Positions 1 through 13,700 of a stretch of DNA of 45,666 bases are shown in pieces (position 1 is the first letter of the stretch; every line of letters starts with the position of its first letter). Under the pieces are notes generated by a model. That model was not told the origin of the DNA, made no database searches, and worked only from the letters and a program-made list of their open reading frames with translations. Source of the DNA: Octopus sinensis (Eukaryota); NCBI RefSeq assembly GCF_006345805.1, contig NW_021834810.1:1-45666 (forward strand), written 5' to 3'. Position numbers and translations under genes: made by a program.

Positions 1-177
1 AAAATGAACAAAATAAAATATCACAAGAGAAAGATATAAACATAACGATAGAATAAGAGAGCTTGTGAGGTGGGGAGACGAGTAAGGTGGGAGAGAGGAC
101 AAGAAGCTTACAGAACGTAAAGTGATGAACAGTGCAATATCAAATTTATGGCCACCAGCTAGAGCGATGTATAAACT

Positions 178-195
178 AACGCCATCTAGCGGTAA
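178..195 (-). promoter_or_regulatory. Candidate CTCF-binding motif
   Basis: Minus strand reads TTACCGCTAGATGGCGTT, close to the CTCF core CC(A/G)CTAGATGGCG. Motif match only. Confidence 0.3.
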
Positions 196-328
196 TAACA
201 ACCATTACAACAACCAAGCACGGAGATTATCTCCCGAAATAACTTCGATTATTCATAGCCAGAAAACAAAACAAGACGGTCAACAACGTTAACAATAACA
301 ACTACAACATCAAAACAACAACAACGAT

Positions 329-329
329 A

Positions 330-404
<75 letters not shown>
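329..404. repeat. (ACT)n microsatellite
   Basis: Direct reading. Confidence 0.95.
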
Positions 405-570
405 GCAATAACAACTGCGAAAAGAACGGCAACAATAACGAGAACATCAATAACGAAAAGAGCAACACTGAAAATACAAAAGAGATAATAACGGAAAAGA
501 AAATTGATTTACACACAGCAACTAGTACAGAAGCTCATACACACACATACACATACACACACACCTATAT

Positions 571-970
571 ATACATACATACAAGTACACATTCATACAT
601 AAATGGACACATACATGCATACATACAAGTACATACATACATACATAAATGGACACATACATACAAGTACACATACATAAATGGACACATACATGCATAC
701 CTACAAGTACACATACATACATAAATGGACACATACATACAAGTACACATACATAAATGGACACATACATGCATACCTACAAGTACACATACATACATAA
801 ATGGACACATACATACAAGTACACATACATAAATGGACACATACATGCATACCTACAAGTACACATAAATGGACACATACATACAAGTACACATACATAC
901 ATAAATGGACACACACATGCATACATACAAGTACACATACATACATAAATGGACACATACATGCATACAT
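571..970. repeat. Compound minisatellite built from (ACAT)n with recurring AAGTACAC and AAATGGACAC modules
   Basis: About ten ~32-45-bp units of ATACATACAAGTACACATACATAAATGGACAC. Confidence 0.9.
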
Positions 971-1287
971 ACATGCATGCATGCATACGGACATAGAAAC
1001 AGATATAAACGCACATGCATTAAACACACGCAAACACACACATTCACTCACACAAACGCACACACGCGCATACCTGCAAGCACACACATACACACGCATA
1101 CATGCCTACATATACATACATACAGACACAAACAGACACATATGCACGTAGAAACAGATATAGACGCACAAGGCCATGGAGAGATATCTACACATGTATA
1201 CGCATTATACACACACTTAGACATACAAAGACATACGTAGGGTCATACAAGGTCAGTGTATGTGTGTATGCGTGTATATATGTATGC

Positions 1288-1289
<2 letters not shown>

Positions 1290-1345
<56 letters not shown>

Positions 1346-1346
1346 G

Positions 1347-1390
<44 letters not shown>

Positions 1391-1408
1391 TACATTCATA
1401 CCTATGCA

Positions 1409-1452
<44 letters not shown>

Positions 1453-1668
1453 TTACTTATACATATATTATATATATATACATATAATATATATATATAT
1501 ATATAATATATATATACATATTGTGTGTGTGTGTTATATATATATATAATATATTTGTGTGTGGTGTGTGTTCGTATATGCATATAAATGCTGGGGATGA
1601 ATGATGAATGCGTAGCGGAGGAGAAAATGAAGAAGGGAAGAGGGGGAGACGTAAGGAAAAGGACAGAA

Positions 1669-1755
<87 letters not shown>

Positions 1756-1852
1756 GGCAATGTAATCGCGGATCGAATCGGGCAATCGGCAGCGAGAAAC
1801 TCAAGTTTAAGAAGGGGCTTGTATTTGGGTTTGGTTAAGGAAGGACGGGGGA

Positions 1853-1924
<72 letters not shown>

Positions 1925-2220
1925 GAAAGAGAGGGAAGAATGGATGGATGGATGGATGGATGGACGGATGGATGGATGGCTGGATGGAAGGTAGGGAGGG
2001 AATGGGGGAAGGAAGGAAACAAAATGGCGAAGTTAGTAAAAACAAAAAGTCTTTCGAATGCAACGTTCGACTGATTGACGCTACCTTGGGAACTGGCTTT
2101 ATTTTACGGTTGTCTAACACATTGGGATATGTATCAGAATGGGTGGCGGAGGGTGTAAGAGGGGGGAGGAGAGGAGGAGAAGTGGTGAGAAGAAGAAGAA
2201 GAAGAAGAAGAAGAAGAAAA
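1290..2220. repeat. Microsatellite cluster: (TA)n, (AAAG)n, (AG)n/(AGAC)n, (GGAT)n, (AAG)n
   Basis: Direct reading; explains the long low-complexity ORFs here. Confidence 0.9.
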
Positions 2221-2308
2221 TTTATTTTATTATTAATCAACTCCGTCTTGCTACCATCTTAGCCATTATCACCATCATCCTCATCGTCGTCATCATCATC
2301 ATCATCCG

Positions 2309-2342
<34 letters not shown>

Positions 2343-2353
2343 TTCTCTATATC

Positions 2354-2389
<36 letters not shown>

Positions 2390-2659
2390 CCATCTCTTCC
2401 CTCTCATTTATTTATATTTCTTCTTTAACATCGTTCATTTTTTCCACCTCTTCATTCCTTCCCCTTTTTCTAATTAATTTTCATTTTCCCCTCCTCTTGC
2501 CTCTCTCTTCCTAATCCATATCCCCTCTTCCCTCACTTACTCCTTCTTCTCTCTCCCCTTCTTCTCTTCTTCCTCTTCCATATTCTCCATATTCTTCCCA
2601 CACAATCCAAACAGCAATAGAAGAAGTCCTGCCGTATTCCGCTATCTTCTTTATTTTCA

Positions 2660-3012
2660 GTGTTTCAAGTCCAACTGAAGTCAACGTTGCCTTTAATTTT
2701 TTCGGGGTCGATTAAAGTACCAGACAAGTACTGGGGTATGTGACTGACCCCTTAGCCCTCAAAATTGCTGCTCTTATACCGAAATCAGAACTCTTTATAT
2801 TTGATGCGATGAGCTGGTAGAGCAAAATGCACGACAGACAAGAAGCCTAATATTTTGTTCCCTTTTACATTTATGGTTCAAATTCCGCTGAGGTCGGCTT
2901 TGCTTTGCATACTTTCGGGGTCGATAAAATAAGTGCCAATCTAACACTGGGGTCAATGTAATTGACTAGCTCCTTACCCAAAATTTCAGGCCTTGTGCCT
3001 ATAGTAGAAAGG
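2660..3012 (+). mobile_element. Degenerate SINE family C copies ending in an (ATT)n tail
   Basis: GTTCAAATTCCGCTGAGGTCGGCTTTGCTTT...TTTCGGGGTCGATAAAATAAGT core shared with the other family C copies. Confidence 0.7.
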
Positions 3013-3014
3013 AC

Positions 3015-3072
<58 letters not shown>

Positions 3073-3444
3073 GTCATTTACTTTTAATCTGCATGTTTGA
3101 TGCAATCACTTGCCGGGGCACACCCAGCGCCCTAGGGCAAGTGAAGGTTAAGAGTTGTTGAAATATAGCTGAAAGCTTGGGGAGGGGAAGTAGAGAATAT
3201 CTCCATGTAATACAACACAAACATTTACATTGATGGGGTTTTTCTAAGGATGTGGGCAGTACTTGTTAGCACAATCTTTTGGATTTCCTTGAGACATGGT
3301 TCTCCATGGATATTGTCTAGGTGTTTCTGACATCCCTTTTTTATCATATCTAGGGCACCTACAATAACAGGAACAGTTTTTGTTTTAAGATTCCACATCT
3401 TTTGTATTTCGATTTCAAGGTCCTTACTAAGTTTGTCGAATTCC

Positions 3445-3447
<3 letters not shown>
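3073..3447 (-). mobile_element. 5'-truncated R4/Dong-like (RLE) non-LTR retrotransposon 3' end
   Basis: Minus-strand frame ...KDLEIEIQKMWNLKTKTVPVIVGALDMIKKG...IQKIVLTSTAHILRK ends at the stop at 3225, matching the C-terminus of the RLE domain. A ~150-nt 3'UTR follows and (TAA)n lies on both sides. Confidence 0.8.
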
Positions 3448-3505
<58 letters not shown>

Positions 3506-3528
3506 CATCATCATCATCATCATCATTA

Positions 3529-3600
<72 letters not shown>

Positions 3601-3602
<2 letters not shown>

Positions 3603-4165
3603 GAGTGAGAGAGCAATGTATGCCATCAAAGTGACACTGGGGTACAAATAAATATACGAAACCCAGTATACTTACCATTACTACCCGTCTGATAAGGGTA
3701 CACCAGACACATGCATCACAACCATATGTGCGCAACATGGTGATCTCATATCAAGATAAACAGCGTATTACCTTGCAGGCGGGGCCCAGTTAGAATTTTC
3801 TTCAGCTTGAGTGGCCCATCGCGATCAAAAGGTCCCTGAATACAGTATGTTTAAGGATGTTGAACGAAAGATTCGAGAGGTGAATGTTTCCAGAGGTGAA
3901 TTATTCAAACCCCAAAGAATTTCTCTCGACACACGGCGATGATGCTCCCCCACTACTTCTGCTCGTGATCAGAGATGCACATATCGCCAGCCACTAAGGG
4001 ACATGCTCAACTGGTTATGCTCAAACAACTGACAAGCAAATCTGTGGTATTGAGCAGAATATTTGCTGTAGCCCATCTTTTATACCAAGACAAAACAAAG
4101 TACAAGATAACACTTCCAATCAGTTAAGATCAAAAGCCAAGAGAGCCACTGCCTGGTATTGCGTC
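3601..4165. mobile_element. ~560-bp non-coding dispersed repeat in (TAA)n, copy 1
   Basis: Co-linear and highly similar to 27684-28240; truncated on the right by a SINE C fragment. Confidence 0.85.
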
Positions 4166-4322
4166 CGCTCAAATTCTGCCCAGATTGACTTTGCCTTTCA
4201 TCCTTTCAGAGTTGATAAAATAAGTATCTATCAAGTACTAGGGTCGACCTAATGAACTAGGCCCGACCCCAAACCCCAACCCCACCCAAAATTGTTGGCC
4301 TTGTGCCAAAACTTGAGACTAA

Positions 4323-4540
4323 AGGCTGCGATCTGGCAGAATCGCTTGCACGCTGGACGAAATGCTTTGCGGTATTTCGCCCGTCGCAACGTTCTGAGTT
4401 CAAATTCCGCCGAGGTCGACTTTGCTTTTCATCCTTTCGGGTTCGATAAATTAAGTACCAGTCAAGCACTGGGGTCGATGTAACCGACTGAATTCCCTCC
4501 CCAAAATTTTCAGGCCTCGTACCTTTTGTAGAAAGGATCA
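4323..4540 (+). mobile_element. SINE family C (tRNA-like head)
   Basis: GGCTGCGATCTGGCAGAATCG A-box-like, GAGTTCAAATTCC B box, conserved core. Confidence 0.85.
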
Positions 4541-5159
4541 TTATTGTTGTTGCTGATAAAGTTAATAATGGTTCTTTAACTCTGTCAACTTTTGTGGTTG
4601 TTGTTGTTGTTGTTGTTGTTGTTGTGTTGTTGGCGGTGGCGGTGGTGGTGGTGGTGGTGGTGGGGGTGGGGGGGGGGGGTGGCGGCGGCGGCGGTGGTGG
4701 TAGTTGTGGCGGCGGTGGTGGTGGTGGTCTTCTTCTTCTTTAAGTCTGGCTCTGTTTTGGCTGTTGTTGATGTTGTTGATATTGATTAGCGCTACGTTAG
4801 GCCTGACTGAATGAAGCAATGATCAACGGCGTTCTGGACATGACAATCCCATTCTTTTCTCCGATAACACCTGTTTAGGTTCATATTATCCAGTTTGCTC
4901 CTCTTCGTTTTAAGACGATTACTTTTGGTATCATTTGAGGGAGGTTTTACTCCTACTTCTAGCAGACCTAACCCCATAGAGTCTCCTTCGTTCGCCTAAT
5001 ACCGTAAAGTACCAGACTCTATCAACCAGACCCCTTGCCCTTACAGTGGTAGCATTCACTCTTGGTTTTGTTATCTTCTTTTTCATCTTCTTTGTTCCTT
5101 CACCTTCTATTACTTTCCTTCTTTTTCTTTTTTACTTTCTTTCTACTTTACATGTATTT

Positions 5160-5192
<33 letters not shown>

Positions 5193-5685
5193 TATTTCTT
5201 TCTTCCTCTATCTCTTCCTCATCAGCCTCATCATCGACTCCAGCCTCATCCCATTACAAAGTCCGAATCTTCTATTTTCGTCTCATCTCCCTCTCTCTCT
5301 CTCTCTCTCCTTCCTTTCTCCCTCTCTTTCTCCTTCTCTCTCTCTCCTTCCCTTTCTCCCTCTCTTTCTCCTTCTCTCTCTCTCCTTCCCTTTCTCCCTC
5401 TCTTTCTCCTTCTCTCTCTCTCTCTCTCCTTTTCCCTCTCTATCTATCTATCGATCGATCTTCTCTTCCCGCTCTTCCTCTTCCCACTCTCTTCCATCAG
5501 CCATCCTCCTCTTAGTCTCCACCAAACCTCATCTATTTTCTAATCTTACCAATTTTCTCCTCCTCACTCTTCTTGAACACAGTTTATAGCATCATCATCA
5601 TCAGCAGCAGCTGTTGTTGTTGTTGTTGTTGCTTGAAAGAATCACTGGCGCGCCGGACGAAATCCTCAGCAGCTTTTCTTCCGAG

Positions 5686-6117
5686 TTACTCTTACTCTTT
5701 TACTCTTTTACTCTTTTACTTGTTTCAGTCATTTGACTGCGGCCATGCTGGAGCACTGCCTTTAGTCGAACGAATCGACCCCGGGACTTATTCTTTGTAA
5801 GCCTAGTACTTATTCTATCGGTCTCTTTTGCCGAACCGCTAAGTGACGGGAACGTAAACACACCAGCATCGGTTGTCAAGCAATGCGAGGGGGACAAACA
5901 CAGACACACAAACACACACACACACACATATATATACATATATATACATATATACGACAGGCTTCTTTCAGTTTCCGTCTACCAAATCCACTCACAAGGC
6001 ATTGGTCGGCCCGGGGCTATAGTAGAAGACACTTGCCCAAGATGCCACGCAGTGGGACTGAACCCGGAACCATGTGGTTGGTTAGCAAGCTACTTACCAC
6101 ACAGCCACTCCTGCGCC
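5686..6117 (-). mobile_element. SINE family A, full length, with internal (TA)n(TG)n tract
   Basis: Head GGCGCAGGAGTGGCTGTGTGGTAAG...GGTTCAGTCCC (A/B boxes), TTGGGCAAGTG core, tail GAAACAAGTAAAAGAGTAAAAGAG. Confidence 0.9.
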
Positions 6118-6339
6118 TATTTCGTTCTGAGTTATTTCGTTCTTGTTTGAAAAAGCCACCAAGGTGGACTTTACCGTTCATCTTTCCGGGAATCGATAAA
6201 ATAAGTAGCAGCTGAACAGTGGGGGGAGGGTCGAAGTAATCGACTACACCTCTCCCACCACCACCACCACCACCACCGGTCTCCAATTAAAATTGCTGGC
6301 CTTGTGCCATAATTAGAAACCGTTAATATTACTATAACA

Positions 6340-6497
6340 GTGCTACGAAGTTGATTAAGGAATTCGCTTCGCAACCACGCGGTTTCCGGTTCCTTCCCAA
6401 AGCACACAACCTTAGGCAAGTATTTCGTCTATGGCTTTGTGACGGCCAATGCCTTGCAAAGGAATTTTGTAAGCGGAAACTGTGCTGAAGACTGTCT

Positions 6498-6556
<59 letters not shown>

Positions 6557-6705
6557 TGTGTGTGTCCTGCCGCTTGACAACCTAGCGGTTCGTCAAAAGG
6601 AACCAATAGAATCAGTACCGGACCTAAAACGATTTCTGCGTTCGGTCTCTTCTAGGTGCTGCCCCAGTATGGCCACAATCAAACGCCTGAAACAAGTAAA
6701 AGGAT
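6340..6705 (+). mobile_element. Diverged SINE family A copy
   Basis: Same module order (CCTTAGGCAAGT, GGAAACTG, (TG)n, CTGAAACAAGTAAAAG). Confidence 0.7.
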
Positions 6706-6714
6706 GACATAGTT

Positions 6715-6795
6715 GTTATTATCATCATCATCATAATCATCATCATCTCCATCACCATCACCATCACCACCACTAACAACAACACCATCATCATC

Positions 6796-6827
<32 letters not shown>

Positions 6828-7535
6828 CATCATCGCTGTCGTTGTTATCGTTAACATCATCATCATCATAATCATTACCACCAAGGACAACCCCATTAAC
6901 AACGGTTGCAGACCTTCGACACCGCCATTACCTCTATCAACATGTCATCATCACCATCACCACCACCACAATCATCATCACCATCATCATCATCATCAAT
7001 GTCACTAACTCACACCACCTCCATTATCGCCATCGTCATCATCATCATCATCATCAACATCAACGACCATTCACATCATTTCATTCCCTTCCTTCTTTTT
7101 CTTCCATGTCGTCTTCTTCCTTCCTTTCTTTCTTTCTTCTTTTCTTATTCTTTTCTTCTGTGCTTCCACTCCTTCTTTTTCTTCTTCCTTTTCTTTTTCT
7201 CCTTCCTTTTCTGCTTCTGCTTCTGCTTCTTTTTCTTTCCCTTCTTTTTCTTCTCCAACTCCTTCACCTCCTCGTCACTCTTTTATCGTCGCCTCCTTTC
7301 TTTTCTTCTTTTTCATTTTGATCTTCTCCTTCTTCTTCGTCTCCTTCTTCTTCTTCTCCTTCTTCTTCTTCTCTTTCTTCTTCTTTTTTTCTCCTCCTTC
7401 TCCTTCTCCTTCTCCTCCTCCTTCTTCTTCTTCTTCTCTTTCTTCTTCTTCTTCTTTCTTCTTCTTCTTCTTCGTCTTCTTCTTCTACCTCTTCTTCTTC
7501 TACTACTATTTCTTCTTCTTCCCTCTCTTCTTCCC
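6715..7535. repeat. (ATC/ACC)n and (CTT)n low-complexity block
   Basis: Direct reading. Confidence 0.9.
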
Positions 7536-8479
7536 AATTTATTCTAGTCCATTAAAATTTTCATTTGCCGGGCCCGTGAGTTTTATTACTTTCTGGACAA
7601 GATTTCTAAATAGCTCTTGTAAAAATGTCAAGATCTTGGCAAGTTCTGTCAGAGGACGAGGCAGAACGAAGACAGTGAAGACTCACTCTGGATACTTTCG
7701 CCATTGCCATTGTGAAATCACTTCTCTCGACGCTCGATTGCTTTTTTGGCCGTCCTCGCCGAAATTTAGTAGCACCAAACTATTTCCGTATATCTGATTT
7801 AACAACAGCAACAACAACAATAACAAATGCACAACAAAGTAATTGCCCCACGTGACAAAGGATTTTGATTAAATCCTCAAATACTGAAAATGAATTGCAC
7901 GCACGCGCACAAACACACACACGCGCGCATGCATATATACATATATATTTATAGTTTATATATTATACAGACATATACACACACACACACATTTATACTC
8001 AAGGAGAGCTTGCACGGACAAATGACTCTAAGATCGATACCATCAGGAGTTCTAAATTTCTGACAGGGCCACCCTTTGTAGCCAGGTCGATGACGAGAAC
8101 TCAGATTAATTGCTTCCAACCTCCAAAGACCCCCAACGGTGGAACCAGCGGATGATAGCTACAACAGATCTGAGCGCCTGAACCATCGGCTGAAGAGGGC
8201 GACGACGCATGACGGACATACTACACAAACAGCTCCTCAAAAGTGTTACCCGACAGTCGACGGGATCTCGTATGTCTCATTCCATTTGTGCCGCAGAGGA
8301 AGATCATGAGGTCAAGTGTGTGGGTTGCCACCTGGCATGATGAGGCCCACCTTAAACAAATCCACGCCATTGGCACTTTCTTCTACTCTGAACGCAGGCA
8401 ATACCAACAAGATTATTTCACTCTATATCTGAATTGAGAACTCTTTTGTGATTCATATAAATTATATATTCGTATGTAC

Positions 8480-8540
<61 letters not shown>

Positions 8541-8590
8541 CATACATACATACATACATACATACATACATACATACATACATACACAGG

Positions 8591-8624
<34 letters not shown>

Positions 8625-8653
8625 CATACATACATACATACATACATACATAC

Positions 8654-8685
<32 letters not shown>

Positions 8686-8725
8686 GCATATCAAATGAAA
8701 GGCAGAATATGGAATATACGAGAAT

Positions 8726-8840
8726 GTATTATTAATTACGACAATTGTTTCGACATATCTAGCATCGATTCCTCTCAACAACAACTGGTTCAGGAGTATC
8801 CGGTGGTGCAGTTGTATCTCGTCGGGTGATAAATAAATAC
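8726..8840 (-). ncRNA. Type-I hammerhead ribozyme-like motif (U4C core, ~65-nt stem II domain)
   Basis: Minus strand: GTATTTATTTATCAC-CCGACGA-GATAC...ATGTC-GAAA-CAATTG-TC-GTAATTAATAATAC. Stem III is palindromic and stem I is extended but imperfect. Confidence 0.6.
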
Positions 8841-9004
8841 AACCCGTTAAAATGACTGTTCTGCAATGTAACTTTCCGTTTTGTAGAGGGAAAAGCAACC
8901 AGACGGAGGAAATATCTTCTTTTATATAGAAGATCAAAAATAAAATCACAGATGACAAATAGAGAAACGAACAGGCAATCCAGCGAGAAAAGTGTATATA
9001 TATA

Positions 9005-9179
9005 GGCGCGGGAGTGACTGTGTGGTAAGTAGCTTGTTTACCGACCACATGGTTCCAGGTTCAGTCCCACTGCGTGGCACCTTGGGCAAGTGTCTTCTAC
9101 TATAGCCTCGGGTCGACCAAGCCTTGTGAGTAAATTGGTAGACGGAACCGAAAGAAGCCCGTCGTATATATGTGTATAT

Positions 9180-9246
<67 letters not shown>

Positions 9247-9464
9247 GTGTATGTGTGTGTGCTTGTGTGTCTGTGTTTGTCCCCCTAGCATTGCTTGACA
9301 ACCGATGCTGGTGTGTTTACGTCCCCGTCACTTAGCGGTTCGGCAAAAGAGACCGATAGAATAAGTACTGGGCTTACAAAGAATAAGTTCCGGGGTCGAG
9401 TTGCTCGATTAAAGGCGGTGCTCCAGCATGGCCGCAGTCAAATGACTGAAACAAGTAAAAAAAA
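9005..9464 (+). mobile_element. SINE family A, full length
   Basis: Reverse complement of the 5686-6117 element. Confidence 0.9.
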
Positions 9465-10729
9465 ATATATATATATACCTCATGGGTCATAGGTGTGTTT
9501 GTGCGTACGTGCGTGTGTGTGGGTGTGTATGTGTGTGTGTGTTAGTGTACGTATGTAATTCTTGTGGTTAATATTATACATATATAAATTCAACATAGGT
9601 ATAAACCTTGTAGCCTGCTTCACAAAGCTCATCCACAGGTATCGAGTAACAAATGCTATCATACAGTGAGAGCAATATATCATTGAATAAACATCTGCAA
9701 TTCCGTGATATCCGTAGAGTTTGAGATACAGTCTGGCCTGTGACTGAAAATTTCAACCCACCTCACCAGGAAGTACTACAAGATGGCGTACGGCCTCAGG
9801 ATGTTGACTTTCTGGAGCACCTCTATCACAGATTTTGTCTTACCTGAACAGACATTTCGTATAGAAATGGTCGAGTTATCTCACATGTCCTCTACTGTCT
9901 CCTATAGACTCTCCAACACTATCCAAGACTTGCAAGCATATTCCTCATCCAAGAACAATGTCTTCAACAACAACAACAACAACAACACCAGCAGCAACAA
10001 CAACGGTCATAGCAACATTAAACTGAATGTTTACAAGTGCTTAGGTGGAGAAGCAAATACACACACAAAGAACACACATATACACATACCCACACACAAA
10101 TATATATATATACCTCATGGGTCATAGGTGTGTTTGTGCGTACGTGCGTGTGTGTGGGTGTGTATGTGTGTGTGTGTTAGTGTACGTATGAATTCTTGTG
10201 GTTAATATTATACATATATAAATTCAACATAGGTATAAACCTTGTAGCCTGCTTCACAAAGCTCATCCACAGGTATCGAGTAACAAATGCTATCATACAG
10301 TGAGAGCAATATATCATTGAAAAACATCTGCAATTCCGTGATATCCGTAGAGTTTGAGATACAGTCTGGCCTGTGACTGAAAATTTCAACCCACCTCACC
10401 AGGAAGTACTACAAGATGGCGTACGGCCTCAGGATGTTGACTTTCTGGAGCACCTCTATCACAGATTTTGTCTTACCTGAACAGACATTTCGTATAGAAA
10501 TGGTCGAGTTATCTCACATGTCCTCTACTGTCTCCTATAGACTCTCCAACACTATCCAAGACTTGCAAGCATATTCCTCATCCAAGAACAATGTCTTCAA
10601 CAACAACAACAACAATAACACCAGCAGCAACAACAACGGTCATAGCAACATTAAACTGAATGTTTACAAGTGCTTAGGTGGAGAAGCAAATACACACACA
10701 AAGAAACACACATATACACATACCCACAC

Positions 10730-10740
<11 letters not shown>
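9465..10740. repeat. Near-identical tandem duplication, unit ~634 bp
   Basis: CCTCATGGGTCATAGG recurs at an offset of 635 and the ORF starts 9783/10416 are 633 apart. Units are bounded by (TA)n. Confidence 0.95.
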
Positions 10741-10766
<26 letters not shown>

Positions 10767-11550
10767 TTCATAGATACATACATACACACACACATACAAA
10801 CATGTACATATATTCATGTATACATACATACACACATACATAAACACATACATACACACATACATACATACATACATACACAAATACATACATGCATACA
10901 TACACACATACACACATAGATACATACATACACACATACATGCATACATACATACATACATACATACATACATACATGCATACTCACATGCACACATACA
11001 TACACACATACATACTCACATACATACATACACACATACATACTCACACACACAGACATACGCACATACACACATACATACATACATACACACATACATA
11101 CACACACACATATATACACACATGTCCGCGGGCACAAAAGTAGACAAACAAACAATCGAATGTGAAGAGTGTGCTGTTCGATATATCGATATTATAGTGA
11201 ATGGTTGAATGAATAGATCGATAAATGGATAGAGTGACAACGAGAGAGATCAATAGAGTCGAAGGACAGACTGATGAAAGCCAACACTTTCCCTTCGACG
11301 CTAAACTTAACCTCTTTTAAACACCTTTTACACTTCTTGTTTACAAGTTGATCTCCGACAACAACAACAACAACAACAACAACAACATTTTCTTTTATTC
11401 TGTATTTATTTCCTCGAGTTTATTCTTAACGACAGTAATCCGCTTTTCGGCATTATTGAATTCTAACCTCTTCCCAGCTTACAAACCTTTTGTATCCTTT
11501 CAAACCAACCGTTTTCTTTTCTTTGTATTTTAAACAATCAGGTTCCAGGG

Positions 11551-11786
11551 AGGCGAGCTGGCAGAAACGTTAGCACGCCGGTCGAAATGCTTGGCCGTAT
11601 TTCGTCTGCCGTTACGTTCTGAGTTCAAATTCTGCCGAGGTCGACTTTGCCTTTCATCCTTTCGAGGTCGATAAGATAAGTACCAGTCAAATAATGGAGG
11701 CAACATTTGTAACTGTTACTATTGATGTAGTTGACTCACCCCACCTACCCCGGACTTGCTGGCTTTGTGCCAAAATTTGAAACCAT
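11551..11786 (+). mobile_element. SINE family C with (ATT)n/(GTT)n tail
   Basis: GGCGAGCTGGCAGAAACGTTAGCACGCCG head and conserved core. Confidence 0.88.
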
Positions 11787-11833
11787 TATTATTATTATTA
11801 TTATTATTATTGTTGTTGTTGTTGTTGTTGTTG

Positions 11834-12690
11834 CCTCTAACGCTGGAGATGTACTACAGCGTCAGCTGTTCACTACCAGTGAACTAAGGTAACACCTCTT
11901 ATTTTTCGAGCACCTTCCGGAGTATTCGAGCGGTTCCAAGCAGTGCTGTTTTCTGCAAGTGCTCCACCCGTATTGCAGCCCTTATTTGTTCCACATACTT
12001 CTTCAGATTTTCACTCACTGTTCCCAGGGCTCCGACAATTATTGGTACTACTGCTACCTTTTTCATCGACCACAACTGTTTAACTTCCCAAGCTAACCTG
12101 TCATATCTCACAACTTTTCTTTCTTCCTTATTACATACCTTGTTGTCAGCTGGGCATGCTATGTCTATGATCCAGCATAGTTTGTTTTCTTTCTCAATTA
12201 AGACTATGTCCGGTTTCCTATTCTCTATCTCATGATCGCACTGAATCATAAAATCCTGTCGAATCTTTACATTTCTCTTTTCGACGATGCCTTCAGGTTT
12301 GTGGTCGTACCAATTTTTTGCTCTGTCAAGTCCATACTTGTTGCAAAGTGTCCAATGGATAAGCCTGGCTATATTGTCATGGTGTCTCTTATATTCTTTC
12401 TGGTCTAGTGGCGTACATTGACTGGTGGTATTCCATACGGCTTCACTGTTTTGTCCACAAATTCTGCACTTATCACTTTCTGATGTGTTATCTGTTCTGT
12501 ATTTCATGTAATTGGTTCTTAATGATTGCTCTTGGACAGCGCAGATTAGAGCCTCCGCTTCCGGTTTTAAATCACTTCTAGTCATCCATAGCCATCTTTT
12601 TTCTCTGTCTGTCTTATCTTCAACATCCCTATGAAATTGTCCATGCGTTCTTTTCTTTTCTCACCTATTTTCAGTTTCATTCATTCTCAA
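11834..12690 (-). mobile_element. 5'-truncated R4/Dong-like non-LTR retrotransposon (zinc knuckle plus restriction-like endonuclease)
   Basis: ORF 11899-12585 has CRICGQ...SQC (degenerate CCHC), RHHD, the KPDIV...IIDIACP PD-(D/E)xK-type core and PIIVGALG. The frame continues upstream through a stop (*EKKRTHGQF). The 3' end runs into (CAA)n(TAA)n. Confidence 0.9.
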
Positions 12691-12967
12691 CAACAAAATA
12701 CTTAGCGGCATCTCTTCTGGCTCGTTACATTCAGAGTTCACATTCCATGAAGGTCGGCCTCTTGGCGTCCATAAAATATATATCTGTTGAGCACTGGGAT
12801 CAATGTAGTCCCGTAGCCCCTTCGTGAAATTTCAGGCCTTGTACCTACAGTGGGAACAATATATTAACCATTTCTAAAATCTCACCCTCTTAACTAATCA
12901 GTCTTTAGACGTAAATATATTTACCTTACCATTTTTTCCTTCTTTCTCCAACCCAGCAACACAATAT

Positions 12968-13190
12968 ACTCTCTTTTACTTGTTTCAGTCATTTGACTGC
13001 GGCCATGCTGGAGCACCGCCTTTAATCGAGCAACTCGACCCCGAGACTTATTCTTTTGTAAGCCCAGTACATATTCTATCGGTTTCTTTTGCCGAACCGC
13101 TAAGTAACGGGGACATAAACACACCAGCATCGGTTGTCAAGCAATGCTAGAGGGACAAACACAGACACACAAACACACACACACACACAC

Positions 13191-13268
<78 letters not shown>

Positions 13269-13430
13269 GACAGGCTTCTTTCAGTTTCCGTCTACCAAAC
13301 CCACTCACAAGGCATTGGTCAGCCCGAGGCTATAGTAGAAGACACTTGCCCAAGATGCCACGCAGTGGGACTGAACCCGGAACCATGTGGTTAGTTAGCA
13401 AGCTACTTACCACACAGCCACTCCTGCGCC
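12968..13430 (-). mobile_element. SINE family A, full length
   Basis: Same as 5686-6117. Confidence 0.9.
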
Positions 13431-13640
13431 AAATATATATATATTTGTACAAATTCTACCATCTTTACCAATTGCAGGAGATGAAACTTGAGCTATTTAA
13501 ACCTTGTTTCTTCACAGTTTTATGAAATTTAGAAATGTTTATATTTCGTTTCAAGTATTGGGTTCTTTTTCTAATTCTTGTTTGTAATCCAAGACAAAAT
13601 CTTAACGTACGTGCATGTGCCCGTGCGCACGTGTAGTAGC

Positions 13641-13700
<60 letters not shown>

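Noticed and set aside
571-970. CRISPR-like regular repeat
   Set aside because: There are no unique spacers and no cas genes; it is a eukaryotic minisatellite.
3630-3710. Hammerhead from CGAAAC and CTGATAAG in the 560-bp element
   Set aside because: The core is not CUGANGA and the stems do not assemble into any hammerhead topology.
8000-8410. GC-richer unique block as an exon or ribozyme
   Set aside because: No convincing frame, and CTGAAGA has no matching GAAA or stems. Probably an unrecognised repeat fragment.
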